Positions 48,881 to 59,600 of a DNA stretch of 64,000 nucleotides are shown here, piece by piece (within the stretch, counting starts at the first letter, position 1; each line of letters begins with the position of its first letter). The notes beneath the pieces are model-generated. The model made no database searches. It worked only from the letters and a program-made list of their open reading frames with translations, and was not told the origin of the DNA. The position numbers and the translations under genes are program-made. This DNA comes from Candidatus Sumerlaeia bacterium (lineage in GTDB: Bacteria > Sumerlaeota > Sumerlaeia > SLMS01 > JANRJK01), in NCBI GenBank assembly GCA_033764015.1, contig JANRJK010000039.1, forward strand, positions 1 through 64,000, in the 5' to 3' direction.

Positions 48881-49990
48881 CTAACCTCCCGCCGCTTCCC
48901 GGCGCGCCTGCTCCACGGCCCGGTGAGGCGCCAACTTCTCCAGCACCTCCTCTAGCAGCCCCCGGTGCGCCGCCACCCACGCGTGCAGCCTCCGGACGCC
49001 CTCCTCGGGACCGGTCTTCGGATCCCAGTCGAGCTCGCGGCGCGCCTTCGAGATATTGCTGTAGTACGCGCGCTGGTCCCCCGGGCGCCAGTCCGCATAA
49101 CCGACATGCGGATGGTGGTGGCCGAGCTTCTCGAGCAGCACCAGCAAGCGCCGCAGCGTGAGCCGCTGGTTCGGTCCGCCGCCGACGTTGTACACTTGGC
49201 CGGCCGCCGTTTCGATCCGCTCGACGGCGCGCTCGTAAAGCGCCACCAGGTCGTCGATCCACAGCACATCGCGGACCTGGTAGCCATCCCCGTAAACGGT
49301 GATGCGCCGGTCGAGCAAGCTCGCGATCGCGAACCAGGCGACCCAGCCCTGGTCCTCGATGCCGAGTTGGTGCGTGCCGAAGATGCACGATTGGCGGAAC
49401 ACCACGGTGGGCATCTTGTAGATACGGTGGAAGTCGCGGCAGTACTGGTCCGCCGCCCCCTTCGAACAGCCGTAGGGGGAGTGGAAGTCGAGCGGCTGCG
49501 ACTCGTCGATCCCCGCTCGGCCGTCCTTGTAGGCGTACCACTCCGCGGAGGGGTCGAAGGCGATTCCGACCTCCTCCATGCCCCCGTAGACCTTGTTCGT
49601 CGACGGATACACCACGGGGATGGAGCGGTCCACTTCGCGCACCGCTTCCAGCACGTTGAAGGTGCCGAGCGCGTTCACCTCGAAGTCGAGCCGGGGCTTG
49701 GCGATCGACGTGGTGACGGCCACCTGCGAGGCTTGGTGGAAGAGCGCCGACTTGCCGCGGGGCGCCTCCGACAGCACGCGGACGAGCGCCGCCCCATCGC
49801 GGATATCCTCGTTCCGGAACCGGATCGAGGGGTAGTCCCGCAGCAGCAACTCGAGGTTCTGCCGCGTGCCCGGCCGCGAAAGGTTGTCCACGACATCGAC
49901 CGTGGCCCCCTTGGAGGCGACCGCACGGGCGAGGTGCGATCCGATGAACCCGGCTCCGCCGGTGATGATGAAGTGGTTGTATTTAGCCAT
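48881..49990 (-). CDS. NAD-dependent nucleotide-sugar epimerase (CDP-paratose/tyvelose 2-epimerase-like)
   Basis: TGGAGFIG, QVAVTTS, STNKVYG, SPYGCSKGAADQY, EDQGWVAWF and WRPGDQ. Confidence 0.85.
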   Translation of the reverse strand: MAKYNHFIITGGAGFIGSHLARAVASKGATVDVVDNLSRPGTRQNLELLLRDYPSIRFRNEDIRDGAALVRVLSEAPRGKSALFHQASQVAVTTSIAKPRLDFEVNALGTFNVLEAVREVDRSIPVVYPSTNKVYGGMEEVGIAFDPSAEWYAYKDGRAGIDESQPLDFHSPYGCSKGAADQYCRDFHRIYKMPTVVFRQSCIFGTHQLGIEDQGWVAWFAIASLLDRRITVYGDGYQVRDVLWIDDLVALYERAVERIETAAGQVYNVGGGPNQRLTLRRLLVLLEKLGHHHPHVGYADWRPGDQRAYYSNISKARRELDWDPKTGPEEGVRRLHAWVAAHRGLLEEVLEKLAPHRAVEQARREAAGG

Positions 49991-50203
49991 GCGCGCCGCG
50001 CTGCCTGCCTTTTCAACGCCGTCTTTTCGGTCCGAAAGCCGAACGAAGCCAAGGCGATTCGCCCGTACCGGAAATAATGCGACAAATCGACGCTCCATTG
50101 GACAAACTTTGGGCAGGCCGCATGATTCCGGTGGACAGTGGCGCACCCTCCGAAGATGGTGATAAGCGCTTTATCGACAGGAAACCGGACCCGGAACCTC
50201 AAA

Positions 50204-51400
50204 ATGATCCCCTCCCTGAAGCACCTCGCCGGCGGCATCCTCGCCACCATCGCCCTCACGCTCGCGACAAACCACCTCCCCGCGCAGCGAATCGAAGCGG
50301 TCCCGCTGCCGCTGGAGTACAGCCCCACCGGCGTCCTCTTCCGCGTCAAGGCACCCGGCGCCCAGTCGGTCTTTGTCGCCGGCACGTTCAACGGCTGGGG
50401 CGGGTCCGACGGCTCCACCATCAGCGACCCCTCGACGCGCATGTACGGCCCCGACGAGAACGGCGTCTTCGAGTACTTCGTCAGCCTCACGCCCGGCACC
50501 CACGTCTTCAAGTACGCCATCAACGGCAACCAGTGGATCCCGGGGCCGCCGAACCTGCCGCGCATGAAGGACGACTTCGACACGACCCCGGGCCAGGGCG
50601 ACCAGTCCGGCTCCGCGTTCGACTTCTCCCTCGAGGAACCGCCCTGGCCCTCCTACGTTCCCACGGTCGAGATGATGCCGGCCGTGGTCATCCACCAGGA
50701 GACCGGCGAGCCGTTCCTCCGCGTGCGCTTCTTCAGCCGCTACGCGACGACGGCCCACATCGTGGGCGGGCACGACGGCTGGGGCGGCATCTCCAACCGC
50801 GCCGTCTTCTCCGACTGGCACAAGATGCAGCCCACGCGCGTTCCCAATGTGTGGCAGAAGTACATCGGCCCGCTGAAGGAAGGGTTCCAAGAGTACAAGA
50901 TCGTCGCCAACAACCGCCAGTGGCTCTCCGACCCGTCCGTTTCGGAGATGAGCCAGGACGGCAACACGATGATCCGCATCTCGAAGGCCACCGGCACATG
51001 GCAGGCCACCTACACCCCGCGCTTCGACCCGAACGCGAAGCGGCAGGACACCAAGAGCCGCTGGGGCAACGACCTCGTCTGGGAGGACGACCGCAACACG
51101 GGCTTCGCGCAGGCGCAGCTCATGCAGCAGCGCATGCTCTGGGTCATCAGCCTGCCGCAGTCGGGCCTAAGCGAGTCGCTGATGAAGAACATCAACGGCG
51201 ATGCGGAACTGGTCGGCATGCTCTCGGGATCGACGATCTGCCTGGAGACCCCGGCGCACGAGGTGCTCGACATCATCCGCGGGCGCATGATCCAGCGCCT
51301 CCCCTATGTCGTTCTCGTGGACTCCAGCTACCGACCCGTCTGGGAGAAGTTCAATCCGGGCACGGACGAGTTGAAGGAGCAGTTGCGCAACTTGAAGTAG
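50204..51400 (+). CDS. Secreted protein with two CBM48/E-set-like glycogen-binding domains and a C-terminal thioredoxin-like fold
   Basis: Signal peptide; APGAQSVFVAGTFNGW…YAINGNQWI and AHIVGGHDGW…EYKIVANNRQWLSDP; C-terminal WEDD…AQA…LPYVVLVD. Confidence 0.7.
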   Translation: MIPSLKHLAGGILATIALTLATNHLPAQRIEAVPLPLEYSPTGVLFRVKAPGAQSVFVAGTFNGWGGSDGSTISDPSTRMYGPDENGVFEYFVSLTPGTHVFKYAINGNQWIPGPPNLPRMKDDFDTTPGQGDQSGSAFDFSLEEPPWPSYVPTVEMMPAVVIHQETGEPFLRVRFFSRYATTAHIVGGHDGWGGISNRAVFSDWHKMQPTRVPNVWQKYIGPLKEGFQEYKIVANNRQWLSDPSVSEMSQDGNTMIRISKATGTWQATYTPRFDPNAKRQDTKSRWGNDLVWEDDRNTGFAQAQLMQQRMLWVISLPQSGLSESLMKNINGDAELVGMLSGSTICLETPAHEVLDIIRGRMIQRLPYVVLVDSSYRPVWEKFNPGTDELKEQLRNLK

Positions 51401-51423
51401 CCGCGCCCGCGCTGCCCCCGGGC

Positions 51424-52404
51424 TCATGGCGCCTCCGCCTCCACCGGCGGAGGCGCTTTGCGTTGGCGGGCGGCGTCGACCTCCGCCGCCTCGCCGGAAT
51501 CGATCGGTCCCGGCGCCCAGTTCAAACCGCCCGGCACCAGCTCCAGCCGGTTCCCCCGTTCATCGACGAACCGCAGGTCCCGCACCTTCCGGTCCGCGGT
51601 GTAGACGTGCCGCGCGGTCCGGTCCCATACCCGCAGCGGGCCGTCGTCGCAGACCACGGCGAGCCAGCGACTGCTCGCGGATTGGCGCAGGAGCGCCGCC
51701 GCCTTGCAGGCACCCCCTTCGAGCAGCGTCTCGCCCTCCGCAAACCGCACCGCCCCCCCGCGATCCAGCAGCAATAGGCTGGCTGACCCCGCCTCCGACG
51801 CGAACGTCATCGCGTCGCCCGGCTCCAGGCGCGCGATCGGCTCCGCCATGAACGTCTCGAAAGGCATCGCGTGCAGCGCGCGGTCGTCCTTCAGGAAGTA
51901 CACCCCCCGGAGCGCGGGGTCCCACTCGAGCTGCCACACGGCGCCGAGCTCCGCCGGCAATTCGCCGCGCAACGATTGATTGCGCAGCACCCAGATCCGT
52001 ACCGCGCCCGCGATCGAGCCGGTGGCGAGCATACGCCCGTCCGGCGAGAACCGCAGCGCCGTCACGGTCTCCGAGTGGGGGCGGAAGTTGAACAGCTCGT
52101 CGCCGGTGGTGGAGAGGACGACGAACACGCGGCCGGACTCGTCGCCGACGGCCGCGAGGTTCCCGGGTGTGGAAAGGTCGAGCGCGGTCCACGCCGCCCC
52201 CTCCAGCGGCGTGTCCCAAGCCACCGTCCGCGTTTCCATGTCGATGAGCAGGAGCCGCTCCGGGAGCGTGGTGGCGCCCCAGCGGCCCGCCTCGTCGACC
52301 GCCACCAACCGTGTCTCGCCCTCCACGATGGGAAAGCCCTTCGCAGGGTAATCCGCCGCGTGGGCGGCCGCCGCGGCGCCGCACGCCAGGAGCGCCGCAC
52401 GCAG
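51424..52404 (-). CDS. Secreted WD40-repeat protein
   Basis: HSETVTALRFSPDGRMLATGS…VRIW and LRVWD; signal-like LRAALLACGAAAAAHA. The start is uncertain, as no clear ATG is present. Confidence 0.6.
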   Translation of the reverse strand: MRAALLACGAAAAAHAADYPAKGFPIVEGETRLVAVDEAGRWGATTLPERLLLIDMETRTVAWDTPLEGAAWTALDLSTPGNLAAVGDESGRVFVVLSTTGDELFNFRPHSETVTALRFSPDGRMLATGSIAGAVRIWVLRNQSLRGELPAELGAVWQLEWDPALRGVYFLKDDRALHAMPFETFMAEPIARLEPGDAMTFASEAGSASLLLLDRGGAVRFAEGETLLEGGACKAAALLRQSASSRWLAVVCDDGPLRVWDRTARHVYTADRKVRDLRFVDERGNRLELVPGGLNWAPGPIDSGEAAEVDAARQRKAPPPVEAEAP

Positions 52405-52513
52405 CTTGCGCCAGCGGGCGCGCCGTTCGATAAACCGAACGCGCGCCCACCCTGCGGCGCGCCGCCTTCCCGCACACGGAGTGACTGCCAAGATGCCGAA
52501 CGCCCTGTCCGCC

Positions 52514-53974
52514 ATGAGGCGCATCCTCCTCGCGGCCCTCGCCGCGGCCACCGCCTGCGCGGCCCCCGCCGGGCCTGTGGTCATCAGTGTGTCGCAGGAG
52601 ACCCAGTTTGGCCAGAGCGTTTTCGTCTCCTCGCCGCGCCTCGAAACCGGGCTCGGCGACATCACCAAGTCCGTCAAGCTCTCGCCGCACAACTACCCGG
52701 TCTGGAGCGTGACGCTCGATCTCCCCGCGGGCGCGCAGATCACTCCCCAGTTCTACCTGCGCAGCGACGCCGCCGCGGACCTCGGCGGCGCGGCGAATGG
52801 CACCCTTGCCTCGACCGGGAGCACGCTCACGGCCGGCGCCGCCGACGATACGCCCACGACGATCACGATCTACCCTGCGCAAGCGTCGGACGTCGCGCTC
52901 GTCACGGTCATCTCCGCCAACGGCGGCGGGACCGTTGCGCAAATCCCCATGACACGGAACGACGCGAACGGCTTGGTGCGCTACGAGGCCCAACTCCCCG
53001 CCGTGCACGCCCGCGACCGCCACATGATGCAGGCTTCCGTCGGCGGGACGCTTTACCCCTCGGACGGCTACGTGCGCGTGAACCCTGCTCCGACCTGGTG
53101 GCGCTTCGGGCAGGGGTTCCTCTACGACCCCGCGACGATGACCGCCGCCCCCGCGGCCGCGCGGACCACCACGTTCACGTTCCAGCCCACCGCGGTCCCC
53201 GGCGGAGGCTCCGCGTTCGGCTCGCGGACGATCCGCGTCCAGCTTCCCCGCGGCTACGATGCCGCGACAAAGGCGTACCCGGTCCTCTATGCGCAGGACG
53301 GCCAGAACGTCTTCGCGCCCGGCGGACCATTCGGCTCCTGGGACCTCGATGTCGCCGTCCGCACTCTGACCAACAGGGCGGAGATGCCCGAAGTCATTTT
53401 GGTCGGCATCGACAACACCAGCGGCCGGTTCGCCGAGTACACGCCCGAGTACGGCAACATCAGCGGCACGCAAGGGCGCGGCGGCGAGTTCCTGACCATG
53501 CTCCGTGACCAGCTCCTCCCCGAGGTCGAAAGCCGCTACCGAGTCCTGCAGGGCCCGGAGAACACCGCCCACATCGGCAGCTCCCTCGGAGGACTCCTCG
53601 GCTTCCACGCGGCCAACGAGTTCGAGGACACCTGGGGCTCCGTGGTCGCCATGTCGCCCAGCTTCCAAGTGAACTCTACGGAGAACTTCCGCCGCGCGCT
53701 CTTCGCGCCCGCGGAGTTCGGCCGCCTCTACATCGACTCCGGCAACACCGGCACCTCGGCGGACGGCTACGCGAACACGGTCACCGTGCGCGACCGGCGC
53801 CTCGAGGCGGGCGAGCCCCTCGGCGAGCGCTTCTGGCACACCGTCGGCCTCGGCATGCAGCACAACGAGGCCGCATGGCGCCAGCGCTCGCCCGACGCGC
53901 TGCGCTGGCTCTACTCGCCCGCGCTGCGGGAGGCGTCCCAGCCCTCCGCCGCGAGCGGCCTCCTGATCTTCTAG
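52514..53974 (+). CDS. Secreted CBM20-like domain fused to an IroE/Fes-type esterase
   Basis: Signal peptide; ETQFGQSVFV…YPVWSVTLDLP (CBM20-like); YPVLYAQDGQNVF, GSSLGG and HNEAAWRQR; ends SGLLIF*. Confidence 0.8.
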   Translation: MRRILLAALAAATACAAPAGPVVISVSQETQFGQSVFVSSPRLETGLGDITKSVKLSPHNYPVWSVTLDLPAGAQITPQFYLRSDAAADLGGAANGTLASTGSTLTAGAADDTPTTITIYPAQASDVALVTVISANGGGTVAQIPMTRNDANGLVRYEAQLPAVHARDRHMMQASVGGTLYPSDGYVRVNPAPTWWRFGQGFLYDPATMTAAPAAARTTTFTFQPTAVPGGGSAFGSRTIRVQLPRGYDAATKAYPVLYAQDGQNVFAPGGPFGSWDLDVAVRTLTNRAEMPEVILVGIDNTSGRFAEYTPEYGNISGTQGRGGEFLTMLRDQLLPEVESRYRVLQGPENTAHIGSSLGGLLGFHAANEFEDTWGSVVAMSPSFQVNSTENFRRALFAPAEFGRLYIDSGNTGTSADGYANTVTVRDRRLEAGEPLGERFWHTVGLGMQHNEAAWRQRSPDALRWLYSPALREASQPSAASGLLIF

Positions 53975-53994
53975 ACCAATCGAAAGGCAACGCC

Positions 53995-55539
53995 TTGAAG
54001 CGAGCCCTCACCGCACCCGACCGCCTCGACACGCCCGGGCGCGAGACCGCCAAGTACGAAGCCCGCCTCGCCGACTGGCGCATGGGCCACACTGTCTACC
54101 AGATCTACGTGGACCGCTTCGCGCCCTCCCAGCGCCTCGATGGCAAGCGCCACCACTACGCCTCGCCGAAGCTACTCCGCGACTGGTCCCAGCAGCCCTC
54201 CCGCGGAAACTACCTCGCCGACGTCCACAACAACGAAGGCGAGATCGAGTTCTGGGGCGGCGACTTCGATTCGGTCCGCGGTAAGGTTGACTATCTCAAG
54301 CAACTCGGCGTCGAGGTGGTCTACTTCAACCCCGTCTTCGAGGCCTTCACGAACCACAAGTACGACGGCTACGACTACTTCAGGATCGATCCGCAGTTCG
54401 GAACGAAGGAGGAGTTGAAGGAACTGGTCGAGGAGCTGCACGCGAACGGCATCCGCGTGCTGCTCGACGGCGTCTTCAACCACCTCGGGCGCCGCTCGCC
54501 CCACTTCCTGGAAGCCAAGGCGGACCCTTCCAGCCCGAAGCGCTCCTGGTTCTTCTTCGGCGACGAGTACCGCAACGGCTACCGCGCCTGGCGCAACGGC
54601 GCGAACCTGCCGGAGCTGAACCTCGAGAACCCCGAGGTGCGCCGCATGGCGATCGAGGGGCCGGACTCCGCGGTGCAGCATTACATCCGCGACATCGGCA
54701 TCGACGGCTGGCGAATCGACGTGGGGCCGGACGTCGGCTACCGCTGGTTGCGGGCCGTGACCGACAACTCGCACGAGGCGCGCCCCGACACGGTGGTGAT
54801 CGGCGAGTGCTGGAACTACCCGGAGGAGTGGTTGCATGTGATGGACGGCGTGATGAACATGCACGCCCGCATGCTGCTCCTGAAGGGCATCGGCGGCGAA
54901 ATGCCCGCCCGCGCCCTCGCCCGCGCGCTCGACCGGATGGCCGCCGACTGCGACGAGGACGGCCTCCTCCGCAGCCACCTCGTGCTCGACAACCACGACA
55001 CTCCGCGGCTCCGCCACTTCCTCAAGAGCCACGTGCAGCGCGCGCTCGCGCGCACGCTCCAGTTCACGCTTCCGGGGTGCCCCGTCGTCTACTACGGCTC
55101 CGAGGCCGACATGGACGGCGGCCACGATCCAGGCAGCCGCGGCCCCATGGACTGGGACGCGGCCAACGACACCAACCCGCACTTCCGTCTGGTCAAGCAG
55201 CTCGCCGAGCTGCGCCGCGAGCACCCGGCCCTGCGGGTCGGCTCGTTCCGCGTCCTCGAGGCGGAGAAGCTGCTGGCCTTCATCCGCACCACGGACCGCG
55301 CCCGCGAGACCATCCTCGTGCTCGCAAACCCCTCGCGGGAGTGGGTGCGCGAACTGGTGCCGATCCGCGACTCGCGCCTCATGGACGCCTCCGCGCTCCG
55401 GTGCCTGCTGAGCGGCGAACGAGTGCACCTTCAGTGCGGCACCATCGAGACCACCGTGCCGCCGCACTCGGCGCGCGTGTACCGCACGGAGGACCTCGGC
55501 GACCGCCCCGGCTACTCGATGTTCAAGCGCGTCCCGTAG
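53995..55539 (+). CDS. GH13 alpha-amylase/neopullulanase/cyclomaltodextrinase-type glycosidase
   Basis: YQIYVDRF, NHKYD, DGVFNH, DGWRIDV, GECW and LDNHD. TTG start at 53995 after an AAAGG RBS is inferred. Confidence 0.9.
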   Translation: MKRALTAPDRLDTPGRETAKYEARLADWRMGHTVYQIYVDRFAPSQRLDGKRHHYASPKLLRDWSQQPSRGNYLADVHNNEGEIEFWGGDFDSVRGKVDYLKQLGVEVVYFNPVFEAFTNHKYDGYDYFRIDPQFGTKEELKELVEELHANGIRVLLDGVFNHLGRRSPHFLEAKADPSSPKRSWFFFGDEYRNGYRAWRNGANLPELNLENPEVRRMAIEGPDSAVQHYIRDIGIDGWRIDVGPDVGYRWLRAVTDNSHEARPDTVVIGECWNYPEEWLHVMDGVMNMHARMLLLKGIGGEMPARALARALDRMAADCDEDGLLRSHLVLDNHDTPRLRHFLKSHVQRALARTLQFTLPGCPVVYYGSEADMDGGHDPGSRGPMDWDAANDTNPHFRLVKQLAELRREHPALRVGSFRVLEAEKLLAFIRTTDRARETILVLANPSREWVRELVPIRDSRLMDASALRCLLSGERVHLQCGTIETTVPPHSARVYRTEDLGDRPGYSMFKRVP

Positions 55540-55545
55540 CGGCGC

Positions 55546-56592
55546 CTACTTCGCGCGGAACGCTTCCTTGAGCGACCGCTTGTAGGGGGGGCGCAACACG
55601 CCCGCCTCGGTCACGATCGCCGAAACGTACTTCGCCGGCGTGACGTCGAAGGCGGGGGAGAAAACGCGCACCCCCTTCGGCGCCACGCGCGTGCCGCCGA
55701 AGCTGGTGACCTCCTCCGCGCCGCGCTCCTCCACGGGGATTCCGGATCCGTCCCCCGTCGAGAGGTCCACGGTGCTAAGCGGCGCGGCGACGTAGAGCGG
55801 CACCTTGAAGTGCGCGGCCAGGATCGCCAGCGGCATCGTGCCCACTTTGTTCGCCGTGTCGCCGTTCGCCGCGATCCGGTCCGCGCCGACCACGACCGCC
55901 TGCACGCGCCCCTGCGAGAGCACCGTCGCCGCCATCGAGTCGGTGATGAGCACCGTGTCGATGCCCGCCTGCGCCAGCTCCCAAGCGGTGAGGCGCGCGC
56001 CCTGCAGGAGCGGACGCGTCTCGTCCGCGTACACCGTGAAGCGGCGCTTCTTCGCGGCCTCGTAGATCAGTGCCAGTGCGGTGCCCATGCCGCCGGTGGC
56101 GAGCGCGCCCGCGTTGCAGTGCGTGAGCACGCCGTCCACTCCGTCGAGCAGCGGCGCTCCGTGGCGGCCGATCGCGGCGCAGGTGGCCCGGTCCGACTCG
56201 TGGATCGCAAGCGCCTCCGCCAGCGTGGCGGCGAGCACCTCCTCCGCCGTCGCCGCGTCCGGCAGCCCCCGCACCATCGCGCGGCAGCGGTCCAGCGCCC
56301 AGAACAGGTTCACCGCCGTCGGCCGCGAGGTGGCGAGGTAGTCCGCCGCGCGGAGAGCGACCCGCACCGCCTGCGCCCCGCTCCCGGGCTTCGCCGCCCG
56401 GACGGCGAGGAACACGCCGTAGCCCGCCGCGACTCCGATCGCCGGCGCGCCGCGGACGCGCAGCTTCTTGATCGCCTCCCACATCGCCTTCTCGTCCTTG
56501 ATGGCGAGGAAGCGCGTCTTCCCCGGCAGCAGCGTCTGGTCGATGATGCGCACGTCGCGCCCGGTCCACTCGATCGTTTCGACAGGAGGCAT
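55546..56592 (-). CDS. mtnA: S-methyl-5-thioribose-1-phosphate isomerase
   Basis: VRGAPAIG, SRPTAVNL, THCNAGALAT, DETRPLLQGARLTAWEL and GADRIAANGDTANKVG. Confidence 0.96.
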   Translation of the reverse strand: MPPVETIEWTGRDVRIIDQTLLPGKTRFLAIKDEKAMWEAIKKLRVRGAPAIGVAAGYGVFLAVRAAKPGSGAQAVRVALRAADYLATSRPTAVNLFWALDRCRAMVRGLPDAATAEEVLAATLAEALAIHESDRATCAAIGRHGAPLLDGVDGVLTHCNAGALATGGMGTALALIYEAAKKRRFTVYADETRPLLQGARLTAWELAQAGIDTVLITDSMAATVLSQGRVQAVVVGADRIAANGDTANKVGTMPLAILAAHFKVPLYVAAPLSTVDLSTGDGSGIPVEERGAEEVTSFGGTRVAPKGVRVFSPAFDVTPAKYVSAIVTEAGVLRPPYKRSLKEAFRAK

Positions 56593-56634
56593 GTCGCCTG
56601 CTCCTAGCGGATGATTGACTTAGTCAAGAGAGCA

Positions 56635-59600
56635 CTACTCGAGGCGCCAACCGGTCGGGGCGAGCGCCGCGCGGACCACCTCCGACGCGTCGACCACAAG
56701 CGCACGCCCGTCCTGCAGGCCGGCGACGAGCGTGCCGTCCGAAGCGGCCAGCGCTCGGATGTAGCGGAAGCCGTTCGCCGCCGGCGGCGGCTCCCAGCAA
56801 CCCACGTGGCGGACCGTCCCCGATGGGGGCACGTGGTAGAAGTGCACCGCGTAGACGCCGTCCGCGACCGCGAGCACCTCCGGCGCCAACCACGCGACCG
56901 CCGACGCGTCGACCAGTTCCTCCGCCAGCGGGGCATAGTCCAGGGGCCGGCCATCCTCCGCAAGGTCCACCACCACCGCGCCACGGTTGCGCCGCGCGAA
57001 GGCGAGACGCCGCGAGCCCGGCTCGATGTCGCCCCAAGCCTTGAGTCGCGGAATCTCGAGGCGCTCGTGGTCTTCCTGCGACAGCGAATCCGCGGGAACG
57101 TAGTCGAGCCCGAAGTCCTCCACCGCGACCAGCACCGCGCCGTCGGCGAACGGGCCGAATACGTCCTGGAAGGTGCCCTCCGGCGCGAGGTACGCGGCCT
57201 CGCGCGCGAAGCCCTCCGGGCCGAGCGACAGCCGCCGCAGGCCGAGCTCGCGCGTCGTCACCCACCAGCGTTCGCCGTCCGCGAGCGCGTCCAACGCGCC
57301 TCCGGTGAAGGCGTAGAACTCCGCCGTGGGGGCGGACTCGAACTCGGCGGGGGAGTGGAATCGCAGGCCCGTCATGGTGCTGGTGCCGACGATGCCGCCG
57401 TTGGCGAAGAACCACTGCGAGGCGGCGTATCTGGTCGGCCCGGTGAACTGCCGCACGGCGCCGCCGTCCAGCAGCTCGAACACGCGCGGTGGAATCTGGT
57501 CCAGGTCGGTCAGCGCGCTCACCGCGACCAGCCGCCGCGCTGTATCGTACTCGATACGTTCGGGCCAAGTCGGCGATCCGAACGGCGCGCGCACGGGGAC
57601 TGTGTGGGTGACTGGAAGGTCGAATTCGCACGGCTGGGCGCCCGCGTCCGTCTCGACCGACTCGACCGCAAGCAGGCCGCCTTCGCCGAAGTCCACGAGC
57701 GCGAATTCGCCGGGCGGCAACTCGATCCGCCAACGCCCTCCCCCGAGCCCGCTAGCTACCCGCCCGCCGACCAGGTCGCGCGGGGGCGCGAACCAATCGC
57801 TATCCGCGGTGAACTCCACCGCGACGCTCCGGTCGCCATCCGCGTTGACGAACCACGCGTAACTCCCGTCGGCGTCGGACGTGCGCGAGGCGATCAGCGG
57901 GCGCGGGACACCCGCCACTCGCGTTGGGAGGGCCAGCGACTGCAGTAACGGACCGAGCCGGTCCGTCATCTTATGGAACTCGACGAAGGGCGCCGCGACG
58001 GAGGTCCGCTCGAGGTCGAAGTCGCGGATCCCCTCGCGCCCGAAGATCGACGTCCACGTGAACGACAGCGTTCCCTTGATCCCCGCCGCGAGCCCCGCGC
58101 CGAGGTGCGCCCGGATCGCGGAGGGCTTCACCGCGCGGATGTGCTGCTGCTCCAGGGAGACGAAAGCCTGCGGCGTGAGCCAGAGGTCCTTGCCCGCCGC
58201 CGCGGCGGCCGCCGCGTAGCCCTCCAACTCGTCCTGGAAATCGAACAGGATGTCCGGGTCCGGCATCTGGATTCCGCTGTCGTACGGGTAGAGGTCGACG
58301 ATGTGGACGGGCGAGTCGATGAGCGACAAATCCGCCGCGTCGATGTAGGCGGGCGCGTGGATGGCGAACGCGTTCTTGAGCACTGGGTCCTGCGCGGCCG
58401 CGAGCTGCACCCGCCGCAGACGCCGGAACGCCCGGTCCCCGAAAGGCTCGTCCACCGCGTAAATGCCCATGAAGTGGGGCGAGCCCGAGACCGGGGCCGC
58501 GAGCGCGCGCGCCTCCGACGTGTACCACTCGGACGAAAACGAGTCGTCGTAGAGCCGGTTCGAGAACAACCGGGTGATGTCGTCCATGGATAGCAGGAAC
58601 GGGAACGACTCCGCGTCGACGGCTTCGCGCACTTCGGCGAGCTGGTCCGCGCGCACGATCAGCATCCCGAAGTCGAAGCCGTCCTCCTTCGCCGCGCGGA
58701 TCGCCCGCGTGATGTAGCCGGGCTCGTCGGTGGCGAGGAACCACATGAACGCGCCGTTCGGGAAGTCTCCGAGCCGGAACGGCGGGGGAGCGGCGGTCCC
58801 CGCGGGCGCCTCGACGATGGCGACGGGGGCTTCCAGCGTGAACGGATCGAAGCCGGTCCCTTCGAGCCGCGCGCGGATCGTCCAGCTCCCGGCGCCGGGG
58901 GCCTCCGCCACGGGCAGGCGCGCCCGCAGTGTGGTTCCGAGCGCCTCCGCGGCGAGCGGCCTCGCTACGCCGCGCGCCGCGTCGACCAGCTCGAGCGTCC
59001 CCGTCGTCAGGAGGCCGGGTAGCGCCGCGGTCACCACCAGGTCGTCGTCCGGGCTCGTGCTGCCGACGGTCCACTCGGAGGGCTCGACCAGCAGGAATCC
59101 GCGCGCGAGCGCCTCAATCTCCGCCGCGCCGGAGAGCGCCTCGATCCGCAGCTCCGAAAGTCCCGAGACATTCCGCGGCGTCGGGTCGAAGGCGAGTACC
59201 CGCTGGGTCGGGACACCTCCCCCGGGGATCGTCGCCGTTGCGGAGCGCGGCGCATCGGCGTCCGCGCTCGATCGCCGCAGCGGCGTCGCCGTTGCGACTA
59301 TCTCCGAACCATCCGCGGAGGTCGCGCGGAGGAGGGTGAAGTAGCGCTCGAACAGCCGCCCCTGCACCACGGTCGCCGTCGCGGACGAACCCGCCGCGAG
59401 CTCGAGCCTGCCGCCTTCCAACGCGGCACCGCCCGCGAGCGCCCAGCGCTCCCCGTCGAATGGCGGCGCGCCCTCGCGCAGCAACTCGAGGTTGTCGTAT
59501 CGGACGAACGTGCGCGAGTAGCGCGACGCGGGGAAGAGCTGCGCCGTCGAGGATCCCTCGGGCATCCGGTGCAAAGTCCAGAAGTCGCCCCAGCCGCCTG

